A DNA stretch of 36,799 bases from Rotaria socialis (Eukaryota), in the NCBI GenBank assembly GCA_905331295.1, contig CAJNYD010000585.1, forward strand, positions 62,001 through 98,799, read 5' to 3'. Positions 1 to 13,289 of the stretch are shown here, piece after piece; the first letter of the stretch is position 1, and each line of letters starts with the position of its first letter. The notes under the pieces are model-generated. The model did not search any database and was not told the origin of the DNA. It saw only the letters and a list, made by a program, of their open reading frames with translations. The position numbers and the translations under genes are program-made.

Positions 1-3000
1 GAGAGTACTTCAACTGAGATTCGATTAAATTCATCGAAACAACCCCAGGCACCTTAAAAGTTTAAGAGTAAATTATAACTAATTAACTATTTCAGAAATT
101 GAGTCTGACAAAAATTAAAGAATGATTTATTTACCAGTCTGTGACAATCCTTTGTAGATATTACCACATGATTTGTAATCCATTTGTTCGGAGCAGTTGA
201 AGACGTATACCATAATACCTAATGCTCGACCTAAATCTTTGGTTGTTTCAGTTTTACCCGTTCCGGCTATAAAAACAGAATTGAATGAAATATTAGGCAC
301 CATTTCTTTCTTTTTACCTGGACCAGCTGGTGCGCCACCCATAACAAGATGCAATGATTGTGTTAATGTAATATAACATCGATCTGTTAATGGTGTTATG
401 ACTAAACGCGCTTGATTACCTAAGTATTCATGAGCATAACGAAACTGAGCATCGCAAATGTTCGCAAAGCAATCTTTTTCTTTATCATCCCATCGATGTC
501 TCAATTGGCATTGCCACATAAAATCATTTACACTTTCGCATTTTGTTCCTACCAGTTTCATGACGACATCACGAGCATGTACATCGATCTATGAACAAAT
601 ATTTTCTTTTTGAACAGCTAAACAACTGGTATTAAATACGTACTGTACAAATAGTCATAATCTTTTGTCGATCGTTTGGTGTAAGGTCAGTTAATAAATG
701 TACAATTAACGCATTTAATTGTGTTACTTGTTTACGATAAAAATCTTTCAATGCATTTTCATAACCTTCTTCTAACTTAGCGAAGGCTGCACAAACCTCA
801 ACGGTCCACCAAACTTGTGAGCCAGTTAAAGCTATTTGAGCTTGAAAGTCCATAATCCATTGATCACGTGGTTTTTCTTCATAAGCACCGACGGCTTCAG
901 TTAAATGATATCGAACTGTTTCGCATTGTTTTTCCAGAAGTCTATAAGTTCAAACAAAAATTATATTCTTACTAATTTTTATCAAAAGTTTTTGTTTACC
1001 GGTTAAGCCAGATTTCTACTTGTCCGCTGAGATCGCACGGCGATGGAAATGTCATATATTCTCCATCTTTGGCCCACATTGCTGTTGCTTCTTTAATTAC
1101 AGCTCCACGTTCTTCGGTTAATTTTAGTTTTGACATTGAATCAAATAATTTTGTTAGATGACGCATGACTTTTTCAGGTTCATTACCATTGGATAATATA
1201 TCAAGTAAATCAGCAGCCGAGACGAAGTAAAATCTAGATTTAAAAAAAACAAACAAATCACCTTCTTGCTTTTCAATATGATATCGAAAATAATGTTTAA
1301 CCTTGGAAAAGCCAATCGTTTTGTTTCTAAATAATCTGCAAGTGCTTTTTCGCACAGTGATAAACGCGATTTAATATCTTCTAAACGATCGTTCAATTTC
1401 GGACGATTCGTGCAACGAACAACATTTAAATCTTTTTGATTTTCAGCAGCTATGTCATGAAAGTCTTTATCAATTTGATCGAATCTTGCTGAATCTTCAG
1501 GCAATTGATTACGAATATCTTGTGAACCAATAAAAATCGATTCTAAATGTGACCAAGTTTTTTGTACTTCAATCAATATATGAATAACTTGATCAGCTTG
1601 TGATAAACTTCGTTGCCAGTCTGTGACTTCTTTAAGAAAATGTGCAATATATTTTGATGTTAACATATTTTGTAATTGTACTTGATTTTCTTCTAAGACT
1701 TCAATTAATTCTTCTTGTACAACAACCAAAGGTAATTTAGTGCGTGTATGTGGTTCAAGTGTAAACTCCATTGTTTTCCATGTGTTATCTAATTCACGAA
1801 GAACTTTTTCCATGGCCATTTCTTTAACTGCTTTATCAACAATATTTTTGACTTCATCTTCATATTGATGCAGACGTAAAGCCAGTAGATCCGCGAACGT
1901 TGTAGAATCAGTCATTTCAAATTTGACACCAGTGGCTTTCATCAATTCAAGCCAATGACGCTCTCGAATAGCTGGATTTTGCAATTCAGTTACGGCACGT
2001 AATGACGTCATCATATTTTTAACGGCATCATCAAGGCCAGAATAGGCGTTCCAAGCACGCATTTCCTTATCCAAAGCTACAAAATAAAATAAGCGAATTG
2101 GTCGAAATGGCAGAAAGAAATAAGTAGCATTGACCTAAATGTCGAAGAAGAAAAACTGTACTAGATGAAAACGTAGACTGAAAAAGATGTCTATAGATAA
2201 GGAGATTTTTTTAAAGCTGGTATTGTTTGTTATTGGAATAAGTTAAATTCGTCGTCATTATCGTCTATAGTAGTTCATTGTTAATCTATACTGTCGAACA
2301 CGTCACAGCTCAAATAACTAGTGGTGGTGCTTCATGTTCAAAACAATCACAGTGCACAACAGCTCTTCAAAAAAACAAAATATTTGTAACGTTTAAAGCA
2401 GGATTCAATAACGAAGAGATAGACTCAACGCAACTATTGAATGGATAATCATTACTATTTGGATCACACACGAAAGGAAAAATATTTATGAACGTAGTTT
2501 CTTCCTTTTCTATTGCCTTCTATCATATGATCCAGCGAAATTCTATTTTTCTTTCTGCCTATTCCACCAAACCTACTGGCTTATGTTTACAAAAATATTA
2601 CCTCGAATATCTTTTGCGAATTTTTTACACTCTTGGTCCATCTAGAATGAAAAAGAAACGAACTAAATCAATTGATCGAAATGAAAATATCGAAAAATTA
2701 CCGATTCAGCATTAATTTCACGCCATTTGGTTTTTTTCCAATCTTCAAATGTAGTTCGAACCAACAGAACGTAATCCCAAAGTTGCTTAAGCAATTTAAT
2801 TTCTTTACGACATTGTTTAACTTGTTTAAAGTCCGGCACTGTGACTTCGAATAGAGCAGCTGAATCGTTTAACATTTGCATTTCACGTTCCATATTTGAT
2901 ATATCAAGATGACCTTGATCCAATTTCTTATAAACTTGTGCTTGATCATAGGCAAATGGCAAGTCTTTGCGAAATTTCTCTCGAAATTCGTATTGTCGTA

Positions 3001-6000
3001 CATCGAAATTGGCCACTTTTCGACGAAGATTTGCAACTTCATTCGTTTGTAATGGTGCTACTTGCTGTTTAACATTCATTGAAAGTTTCTTTGTATTAGC
3101 CCATTTTTCTGGTAAAGCATTTAATCGTTCGTAAACATCATCATTGATTTCCTGTCCATAAGATTTAAGTAATTCAAGTTTTTGTTTCAATGGTTCAAAC
3201 ATAACATCAAATATAGGTTGTTTCTCACGTATAGCACCAAGATGACCCATTACTCCAACCAATGAATCATAATCACCGTCACTTACAGTTACAGTCAGAC
3301 CTTTATCATGTAGTTTGATGAAAGCAGCTAATTCTTGTAAACTGAAAAGAACAAAAAGCAGATGTCAGATTAAAACTATTTTATTACCAGAGGAAACAAA
3401 AGGTAATAGAAATAGAAACGTGTAAATATACCCGAGGAAGATCTCAAACGGTTTTCAGGTAGTAGTTTCTTAGCTTTACCCCTACGTGAACTTCTTTTGT
3501 TTACCTGTTTGTAACATCGTCCATGAGATGTTGTTTGAACATGAATGACCATTTTTTAGCGATATTGAGTAGAGCTTGTTTGAACGGTCGAGAATCGACA
3601 CGAAACCACTTATCTAATATTTTCGTATCTTCAAATTTACTAACTTCGTCGTAGATGCTTTCATATGCATCGACTTGTTCTTTGAATTGCTGTAATGTAG
3701 GTGGATTTTGTGGGACACCTTGGTCAGCGTTAGCTTCGATTTCTTCCTGTGTTAACACATGACCATAAAGTAGAAATTGTCTCATGAATTCAGTTCGATC
3801 ATCGACCCATAGATATGCATATTTATTGAATAGTGCTCGATATTCATTTGCTTTGCCTACAACAGCATGAACACGATCAATAAAATCAGTACGTAAATCA
3901 CCTAAATCCTGCATGTGTTCGAGTGCATCTTGATAATTGGCTTGCTTTGTATGTGTAGCAAGACGAGCAAATAATGAACCTTGTTTATAGATGGTATTAA
4001 GTAGATCTTCAATTAATTCTGAAAAAGTATTCTTATCATTTTCATCCATCGACGGATTAAATGACATATTTGGTGCCTGAGAAAGAAAACGAATTCAATA
4101 AGATTTCAAATATTAACTAACGTAGGTATTACTTGTAATTGTAATTGCGATTCAAAAAGTGGATCGGGATTCTGACCTGAATCTGTTTCACGTAAGAAGA
4201 ACGTTAAATTACAATTAATTATTTTTCTAAATCCTTCTAAAACCATTTGATCAACATAATCAACATAATTTTTCCATGCATCACTATCATAATTTTCTAC
4301 TTTAAGTAATTCACCATTTTCTTTTAATAGACCATTTATTTTCTTTCCTGTTTCATCTAATTCTTTGTAACGATTATTCAGACGCTGTTCTTTATCGTCT
4401 AAATAGAGTAACGTCGATTTTCCTTCTGATCGTTTGTACAATGGTACATCTTGCCAAGTTGACATTAATCGTTGAATTTGCTCTACATTTGCTTTTGCAT
4501 TATGTAAACGATTTTCTAAATCGTGGACTTCCGCACGAGTGGACTTTATGTAATCCCAAATCTCTAAAAAAAAAAAAATTTATATTTCATCGTTGATATA
4601 TTTTGTGTGAAATAAAGGGATAGGGGTTTGGGCTGGTATGAATCAATTCGCTTTAATGGCAATGCAACAGACAAAGCTAACAAAGGGTACAAAATCCCGG
4701 GTCGATCAGCTTGGGTCGTACACAGCCGTTTGACCATAATTTACGACCGTTTGGTATGCACCGTTTTACCGTCGCCTTGCATTGTGCGAAAAACGATCGT
4801 ATACGGTCGCATACTGAAATATTCGACCGCGTTACGGTCGTTAGTAGCCGTTTACGACATGGCGAAATACGGTCGTAATACGGTGCATGCCAAAACGTCA
4901 AATTACGGTCGGAAACGTTATAAAACGGTAGTATACGTTGCCGTATGCGGCCGATTACGGTCGTATCAGATCGTCGTAATGTTCGTCCTGGGATATCATT
5001 GATTTGATTCAGTGAGAGGACGGTGGTCATCGTCCAAAATCGGTTTTCGAAGTATTTCAAGTGTCTTTAGTCTTAGTACGACCGAAAACAAATGGTGTGA
5101 GTATTTCGCGAGGGTGTGGCCGTGGTCAGTTCGCCGCCGGTGTTTTGATTGGTTGATTCCATTGAAACTTTATACATTTGAAATTGTGAATGAAGGTATA
5201 TGCAAGCATCACAAAGCGGACAATACAATCATGCAAAACAAACCCTTATATGTTTTAGATTCAGTTCTGAATAATTCTACATATATATATATAATATATA
5301 TACGATTAAAACATTAAATTGGCTGTTTAAAGAATTCATTTTTTTTCTTACAACAAGAAATTAAACTCTACCTGCTGTGGACCATGATAGTTCTTTTTCT
5401 GCACGTAATAATTTTTTATCAATTTCTTCTAATTGTTTTTCCACGAGTGGTTTTTCGACATCGAGTATTGTAAGACGAATTTTATTGTAGGACTTTGTTG
5501 TATAGTCAAGATTAGTAACATAATTAACAAATTTTTCGTTTTCTTGATACATTTTCGTTGCTTCCTCGGGAACTTGATCACTACTGCCTGTTTTCGTTTG
5601 TTGCATATATTTAACTTCACGTAAAACACCGATAAGCTATTTGAGATAGAGAAGAAAAAAGAACATAGGAGTTAAATATTTCATTGTCCTTTTTTTTTCT
5701 AAATATAAACAAATTACTTGTGGATCGAAATTAGTTGTAATAATTTGTGAATCAGTATTTCGTGTGAGTAAGTTTTGTTTAAGATTGAAGTTAGCTGCTT
5801 GACCCACATTTTTCGACCAATCATCAAATATACTTTTAGCAAATTTATCGAGTAACTGAATTAGCTCTTCATATTTTGCTAAAGCACGTTTGCCATCATC
5901 AGTTTCTTTAGCTCTAGGAAACAAATTTAAGCAAATTAACATTTTTTTTTCGCAAGTCAACTAATAAGTTATATTTACGCATAATCAAGTTTGGTAAATG

Positions 6001-8722
6001 CATCGATTGGCTCATTGATACGAGCTTTCATTTCATCAACCCTATTTAAACGGAAAGTTCACATGTTTATTTTTTCTATATACTTTACTAAAAGCAAAAT
6101 TCACAACCCGATAGATATTCTGTGTCAAATGTGTTGTCCTGTTGTCGCACAGGAAATACTCACATGCGAAAGTTTAATCAGCCTATATTCGATACACATT
6201 TCCAAGTAATTTTAGTGATAGGAAATATCTTGGCTTCGAAATTATTTCCGTCCCGAATTAGCTACATACTTAATGGGAGGATATTTTCTGAATACTTTTT
6301 TAATTTCTAATTGATTAGCTTCGAAAGAACGATTTTTCTTACCATTCTATTGAACCTGCAATGGGTGGTTTATTTCGATGTAGCTCTATTGTTCCATGTT
6401 CTTTCTTAAAAGCCATTTGTTTTTCGTAAATATCATGGCAAGCGTCAATTTCTTGTTCGACAAGAAGAGTTACACGATGGTAATTTCGTACGAATGCTTC
6501 CCGAATAGTTGGTCTTTCAAGCATTGAACCGAGAATTGAAATAAGTTTAAATTGACTAGTAAGACTATTTGAATCATCAAATGCTTGATTGATAATAGCA
6601 GCTAGTTTAAGTTCCATATCTTTAAGAAAATGTTTAAAATGTGCAATATCTTCGAGAAATTCCTAATAAGAAAAATAATAAATTTATTCTTCATTCGTTT
6701 TATTTCATAGAAATAAACATACGATGCAAGCTGGATCTAATGGATCGTATTTTTTGTTACTCATTTTTTCAAATTCTTCTTTGAATAGTTCAAAAATATT
6801 TAACACAAGTGAACTAAGTGTTTTGCCTTTGACACCTGAAATATTAAAATAGAAACTAAAGCAAGTCGAACGCTAATTTGTTTGTCTAACCTCCAATTTC
6901 GACTTTTTCCAAACGAAGAAATTCAGCAGCTGTTTGAAATAGATCTTGAATAATTCGTACACGTTCCATGAATTTATCCCATTTAGCAAAAACTAATTTC
7001 GGTGCAAAATCGAATTCTTTCACTGGTTCACCATCTTTAAAATAGTTCTTCATCTTATTTTTGTACGTTGTATATGCTGATTGATATGCTTCGAGTGAAC
7101 GGACAGTTACATTGATTTTTTCCATTGATTCATCGGGTTCACCTTTAAATAAATCGATGGGTTCCATGAATTCTGAAGCCTATCAAATTTGAAAACGCAA
7201 AGAAAATACATATGATCTATATCGAAAATTAAGTTCATACTTGTTTCATAACAAGATTGTTTAGTTCTTGTAATAGAACAATGATTCGAGCTGGTCGTCG
7301 ATATGCTTTACAATTTGCCCACATAAGACAAACTGTATGAAACATAGGTCCAAATATCGGTTCTGTTTCACCAAAATCTGTTGTTTCAAGGCCATCAAAA
7401 TGCTGAGAAACTGGTTTAAGGAAAATATCGATTTCTTTTGCTTCCTCTAATGCTTCGCTAACATCATTCAATAGCGATTCAAAGGCTGGATAATAACTTG
7501 AATTTGTTTTTCGTAACAGTTCAGCCATTTTTTTCACTCGTGCATCATTTAACTAAACGCAACGAAAAACAAAGAGTTTTAGTATTTGACGAAAAAGAAA
7601 ACTGTTCAGTACTAACTTGCTCATGAATATTAAGTAAATTCGTATAACGTGATTTCCAGAATTCGACTTCAATGCCAGGACGTGGACTACCACCATCAAG
7701 TAATGCTTGTGATGAATCTTTTTTTAGCACATCTTGAACTTGATGTGACCATTCGATAACAACGGACTCAATTGCATGTAATAAATTACTATCAACTGCA
7801 GCAGCATGCCCACTCTCTTGTTGCCCACTTGTAGAGTCATCTGTTGCACGTTCAGCACCGGCAGGAACTGGTAAAAGTGTTTTTCCTAAAAATCACAACG
7901 GATATTAGATTAGCGAGAAACTATAATTTGTAGAATTATCTATGAAGGACTTTGCTAGTTTTTATTATTATTCACGATTGACTCGACTTATTAATAGTTT
8001 TGTCTATGTTGCTAAGAAACCAAATGTCTTCGTCGATCTTAGTTACTCATGACAAAGAGAAAACTTTTTTTCTTTGTCGCATTCTTACAGTACATTTATA
8101 GATTTTTATACCGTAGCAACCAATCGAGTTGAACGACTGTAAAGTAGATCGATAAAAAAATCAACAAACCTTTCATTTGTCCATTTAAAATATGTACTTT
8201 GTTTTTAATGCCCAGTGCGTGACGAAGAATGTCTTGTGAAAGTACTTTCGGCCATGCTTCATTATTTGATGGATTTTGAAGAATAGGAATAAGTAACTAA
8301 ATAATGAGAGGGAAAAAATATTTTAACAATAAAAAAAAGACGGGAAATGATTATCATCATCATACTTCATCGACCATAGCTGAAAGTTGATCGACTGGCG
8401 ATGTTGATAGATCACCGTACATCATAACATCCCGTAAGATGGAATCTCTCGGAATGTTTTCACGTTTTTTTTTGATAAAATAACATGATTTATTTTTCAA
8501 TACATTTGGAAAAACTACCGTTGGTTGAAGCGAACCAGCTGCAGTATATTGAACGACAAGTATCGGTGAATCAGCTTTATCGAAGAATTCATGTAGAATG
8601 ATTTTATTTTCTTCCAAATTGTACATTTTAGCAAATTTATCTGATTTAAGTTTAAGCGTTTTGAGAACATAATCGGCCACGAAATAAATTCGTGGATCGT
8701 TCAATTCAAGATCTTCAGCCAT
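1..8722 (-). CDS. DNAH9/DNAH17: Axonemal outer-arm dynein beta-type heavy chain (DNAH9/11/17 co-ortholog), multi-exon. Covers the N-terminal tail, linker and AAA1; continues beyond window position 1
   Basis: ATG at 8722 (MAEDLELND). Spliced ORFs carry dynein signatures: tail ([20 protein letters not shown]), linker ([22 protein letters not shown]), AAA1 ([57 protein letters not shown]). Exons checked by hand include 8722-8366, 8296-8170 and a 40-nt micro-exon 2641-2602 ([13 protein letters not shown]) missed by the ORF track. Confidence 0.96.
4696..4992. mobile_element. Non-autonomous DNA transposon (MITE-like), CpG-rich with internal repeats, inside dynein intron 4564-5371
   Basis: Imperfect terminal inverted repeats CCCGGGTCGATCA versus the reverse complement of TGTTCGTCCTGGG, with AT-rich flanks. 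At least 7 copies of (T/A)ACGGTCG or CGACCGT in both orientations. GC content clearly higher than the flanks. Confidence 0.7.
8008..8020. promoter_or_regulatory. RFX X-box-like motif in dynein intron 2
   Basis: GTTGCT-A-AGAAAC fits the RFX consensus GTTGCY-N1-3-RGNAAC and lies near the 5' end of a ciliary gene. Confidence 0.45.
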
Positions 8723-8903
8723 TCTTTTGTTTGTCTCAAACAAATGAAAACAGCTGTTGTTTTGACTGTATAAAGTTTAGTACTGATAGAGAATACTAAT
8801 TGAAACCTTTGAATGTTTTCTTCTTACGAGACGACAAGACGATGCTAAAGGAGAGAGAGAAAAAAGAAACTGAAAAGAAAGTATCGATCGACTGAGAAAC
8901 ACA

Positions 8904-8917
8904 GTTACGACGACAAC
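8904..8917. promoter_or_regulatory. Imperfect X-box-like motif ~180 bp upstream of the dynein ATG
   Basis: The minus strand reads GTTGTC-GT-CGTAAC: 14 bp, one perfect half-site, 2 mismatches to GTHNYY-AT-RRNAAC. Confidence 0.3.
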
Positions 8918-8964
8918 GAGCGAAATATTTTTAAAAAAACTTTTCTCACTCTACATTTAATGCA

Positions 8965-8990
8965 ATATATATATATATATATATATATAT
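8965..8990. repeat. (AT)n microsatellite
   Basis: Direct reading of about 13 AT units. Confidence 0.9.
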
Positions 8991-10922
8991 CTACACGCTA
9001 TTCTCTTAGCTAACAGTTTCTCCACTTTACCTTTCAGTTAAAATGAATGAATGAATGAGAACAAAGCAAAAGAGAAAAGAGAACAAATAACAAACGATCT
9101 CACCACCTCCTAACTTCATAACAATCGGTTTCTATGTATACAGATGAACTGTTGTTGTTTTATGAAGCTTCAATTTATTCCATTATTGAAAAAAAAACGA
9201 GAGAAAGAACGAAAAAAGTAAACGACATGTTCTGTTGACATTTATTGATTGCATGAGAAATACCACTTGGAATGAGAAAAATCAATCGTGATGTAACGTA
9301 CTGGTAGAATCCGTATGAATACAGTTACCATATTGATGATTGATCAGTGATGAATTGAAAATTAATGACGAATAGTGCAATATAGTTTGAGTTTCAAGCA
9401 CACTATGCAAATAAAATACTCTCCTCTGTAAAAGAGTATAGTCATCAAGGATAAATCAATTTTTTTATGTGACAATAGAAAAAAAGTATTGATATCGAAT
9501 TCAGTACATTTTAAACATGATTCCGTGGATGGCAGTTGACTTAGATTGATTCAAATATTATATCCGGCTTCTATTTGTATATGTATATGAACTTGCCAAA
9601 TCAGATCTATGCAGCGAAATTAGTTGCGAAGACTTTCTGTCTATTGAAAACTTCTGATCATTCTCCCGTGTTAATCTATACAAGCGTGAACAGTTACCAA
9701 TGAAATAAGGGTTCCGTATTTTTCTTGCGTGATAAAAAGAAAAAGAAGAAATGAAAACTGAAAAGTTCCGTTGGTTAAATACATGCAATGAAAATAGAGC
9801 CCTTTTTTCTAATGACTTTCTTGTTTTGTTAACATCAATCAGCAATCTTTGACTCGCCAATGAGACAGTATAGAATCTTTTTTCTCTTATTTGTACAAAA
9901 ATCAATTTATTATTATTTTCTCTGTATTAAATGTATGTAAAAGATTTTCTTTCTATTTCAGCCAACAACTGTTTCGCAAATAATATTTGAAGCGCCTATT
10001 CAAATCTTTCATACTGATGTATGTCGAATAGCATAAATATTTGAGTTAATGCAAAAGAAAATAGTACAATAAATAAATATGTTGAGAAATTCTAGGGTTC
10101 CTCTACTGAAACAAATGTAGGAGCGCTACACTCGTGTCGTTCGCATTGGACGGAAAACATTGATCTTGAATATATATTCATCGATGTAAATTAGTTATAA
10201 TTAGCCAGATTTTTCTAATTACTTATTTTCATAATTTTTTGTGGAATTTTTATTATTAAGTTAAAACAGTTTTCGAACGTTTGACACCAACATCTTGTGG
10301 TTTATTTTCTTATTGAAAGATATGATTTGGTGAATATAAGAATCGCAGAAACATTTCGGGTAGCACTTAAAAAAAAAGACAGAAATGAAGCTGAAAGCGA
10401 ACAAACGCTATTTATATTTTTTTGATCTACTACGTACATAATATTTAAGATGATGACTATCAGTTATAGTTTTCCGATTCCCTTCGGTTATTCATTTTAT
10501 TTTCGAGCTTCTAATATTATTTAAGCCTTTAAAAATATTTCGTTGTCCCGTCTATTCTCAGGGGACCGGGGGGAGATGGCGAACGCCGGGTAGTCGAACT
10601 GGTAGATCCGCCAGTGACTCTATTTTGAATACAACCGACTGTAGTATGAAGTCCTATAACATGCAAAACTATGACCGATTCAGAGTACTTATTTGACCCG
10701 AACATCGGAATGATTTAGTAGAAAATAACAGTTTGATTTCTATCAAATATAGTATTCATGTTTTGATTTTTATTGGAAAATAATTCATCTTACAATAAAT
10801 GTACACATATCAGCAAGCAATCTACCACGATCGATGTCAAATGTATAGAAATATCTTTTTTTTGGAACGAAAAAACCAGATATCTGACGATGACAATGAT
10901 TTGTTTGAATTGTAATGAACGA

Positions 10923-13257
10923 CTAGAGGACTCGACGGCGGCATTCAGATGAGCCACAATTACAATCCATTCGACGGCCGGCTATTTCACCTACTGTATA
11001 GTTATAATCCCAACTGAAAAAAAAACAGAGAAAAATAAATAGAAAAACCTATTTCATTTTCTTTGTCTCATACCATAATTCTGTTCCTGCTCGAATTGTT
11101 TTCGTAGTGAAAAATCCAATCCATGGAAAATGAATATCATGTGTCTAAAAATATAATTTAATTGCTGCAACAAGAAAGAAATCTTTATCTTACATCAACA
11201 AAAACATTTTGAACAGCAATATTTGGCGAACATGAATGATTAAAATATCGTCCAATATTACCGACTAATTTCGCATCAAGTGTATAGACAACTCCGTCAT
11301 AATCCGGTAGTAATGTTCGGTTTAATATCGAGTTTTTTTCTTTCGTTTCAGCTGTTGAATTTGATGTTTTCTTTCGTTCTTTTTTATTGTTTGCATCACG
11401 GGAACGTAAACTTTCTAAACGTTTATTCGCTAAATTCAATAGAAATTAGCTTTTTGGAAATATTTTAATAAAATTCTTTACTTGATTCAGCATTTGATGA
11501 AGGCAATTTATTTTCTTCGTCCTCATCGCTATCTGATGAGAAATTAGCATCGCTTTTCTCATTGTCGTCGTCTTCTTCGTCGGAATCATTATTAATATTC
11601 TTGAAAAAAATAAAACTAATTCGCAAATTCGTCTAACAAAAATATGCTCACCTCAAAAAAATCTAAATCAGCTTGATATTCATCGCCAATTAGTTTGCCT
11701 CGTTCATCTGCTTGTTCACTCGTAAATATTTCACCTGAGTAAACACTAATAAAAGTTCCTAATGGAAGATCATGCAAGGTTCGAACACCCCAACCTCGAC
11801 CTATAGTTTTAAATAACTATTAAAAAAAGAAAAGAACGATTTATAAAAACAACCGAACAGTTTTAATGAAGCTAAATACTTGAAGCTGTGCAATAATTCC
11901 ATTTTGAACAACCCGATTCGAACATGTTTCTTTGTTACAAGGGCATTTATTATTACATTCATAGATGCCACCGGGAACATTTTTATGTAAACGTCGAAAA
12001 CCATAACCAATTTGATAGAGAATTTCAGCTTGACTTTTATTTTTTGCTTTCATTGATTTGACACGTTCATCACCAACTAATTCAGCATATTTCAATGTAC
12101 GTAACCAACCTATTTAAAATGTAAAGCGATATATAATTTCGATGTACAAACACACCCATCCGTTCTTTGAGAAGTTTTATCATGAAAAATCGCCCTCGAT
12201 TTTACACTTTCAGTAGCTTAAATTGATACGGACAAATCAAATAGTTCTATCAACTTCTTTACTTCACATATTTTCAATAGTAACCTCATTCTCTAATAGA
12301 GAGAATGATTATCATTAAATATAGATCAATCTGATATTTCCTGAGTTAGTTTTGAGTGAATCAATATTTCGGAAATTCATTTCATGTGAAAAAAGACTTT
12401 TCGATTCAACTAGAAACACACAATGGCAAAAGCTATCTGTCTACTCTTAAATCATTTTAGATAAAAAAAAAACAACTTACAAGCACATCGAGTTCTATCT
12501 CTACAACCATCCGTACACGAACAGCACGTCATTGTCGGTTCATTAGTTATCAGATTAACGCCTTCCACTGGTGTACGTTCAACGCGATAAGTAAGCGCAC
12601 TTGGATTATCATTATCAACTTCATTGACAGCCATAATTGGCACATTTTCTTGTCCATCTGATATATCAGAACTTATAACTCTGCCATCGCAAGAAAAAGT
12701 TTGTTTTATATTAACCAAACTATCAAATACAAAGAGTTCAATTGATAGTTGAGATTTCGTGACATAAAGATATCTATCAACTTGAATCTCATTGAATAAT
12801 TTTCTGCCACCTAAAATTAAGAATTAAATGAAAATAATCAGGAAAAAAAAAGAATTTACATGGTGCACAGTAGATAATTATTGGACGTGAATTTTTAACA
12901 CGAATATCATTTGCTTTTCTTATTCGTACTGTCTCAAGTATTGTCCATTGACATGCTATTGGTTTTAAGAATGGATTCATTGTTCTTGGCAATTGACCAA
13001 AATATTTCTCTGCATACATAACACATTTATTGGAACAATAATGTGGAATGAAATCTTTGGAATACTGCAAAAGAAAATTTTCAGCTAATTCAAGAAATAA
13101 TGGATTCATGACAAGCTTTGTATTTGTCTATGAAAATAAAAAAGAGAAAAAGATCGATTGAATTAATATAAAAATTAAGAAAAACAAACATGATTAGCAC
13201 GTGATGGCACTGACGTAATAACAAGATTTGACAGTGATGAGGTTGTTCTTGCTATCG

Positions 13258-13289
<32 letters not shown>

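Noticed and set aside
4741..4975. CRISPR-like appearance of the repeated ACGGTCG units
   Set aside because: The units are short, irregularly spaced and in both orientations, with no cas genes, in a eukaryotic intron.
4628..5317. ORFs 4628-5002, 4677-5060 and 5012-5317 inside the dynein intron
   Set aside because: They arise from the GC-richer repetitive MITE and adjacent repeat sequence, have non-ATG starts and show no recognisable motifs.
9558..9905. 115-aa ORF between dynein and SETDB1
   Set aside because: Non-ATG start, no motif and intergenic composition.
10560..10616. GC-rich patch ending TAGATCCGCCAGTG, resembling a DNA-transposon terminus
   Set aside because: No partner inverted repeat or TSD was found, so boundaries cannot be supported. 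It does not fold as a tRNA.
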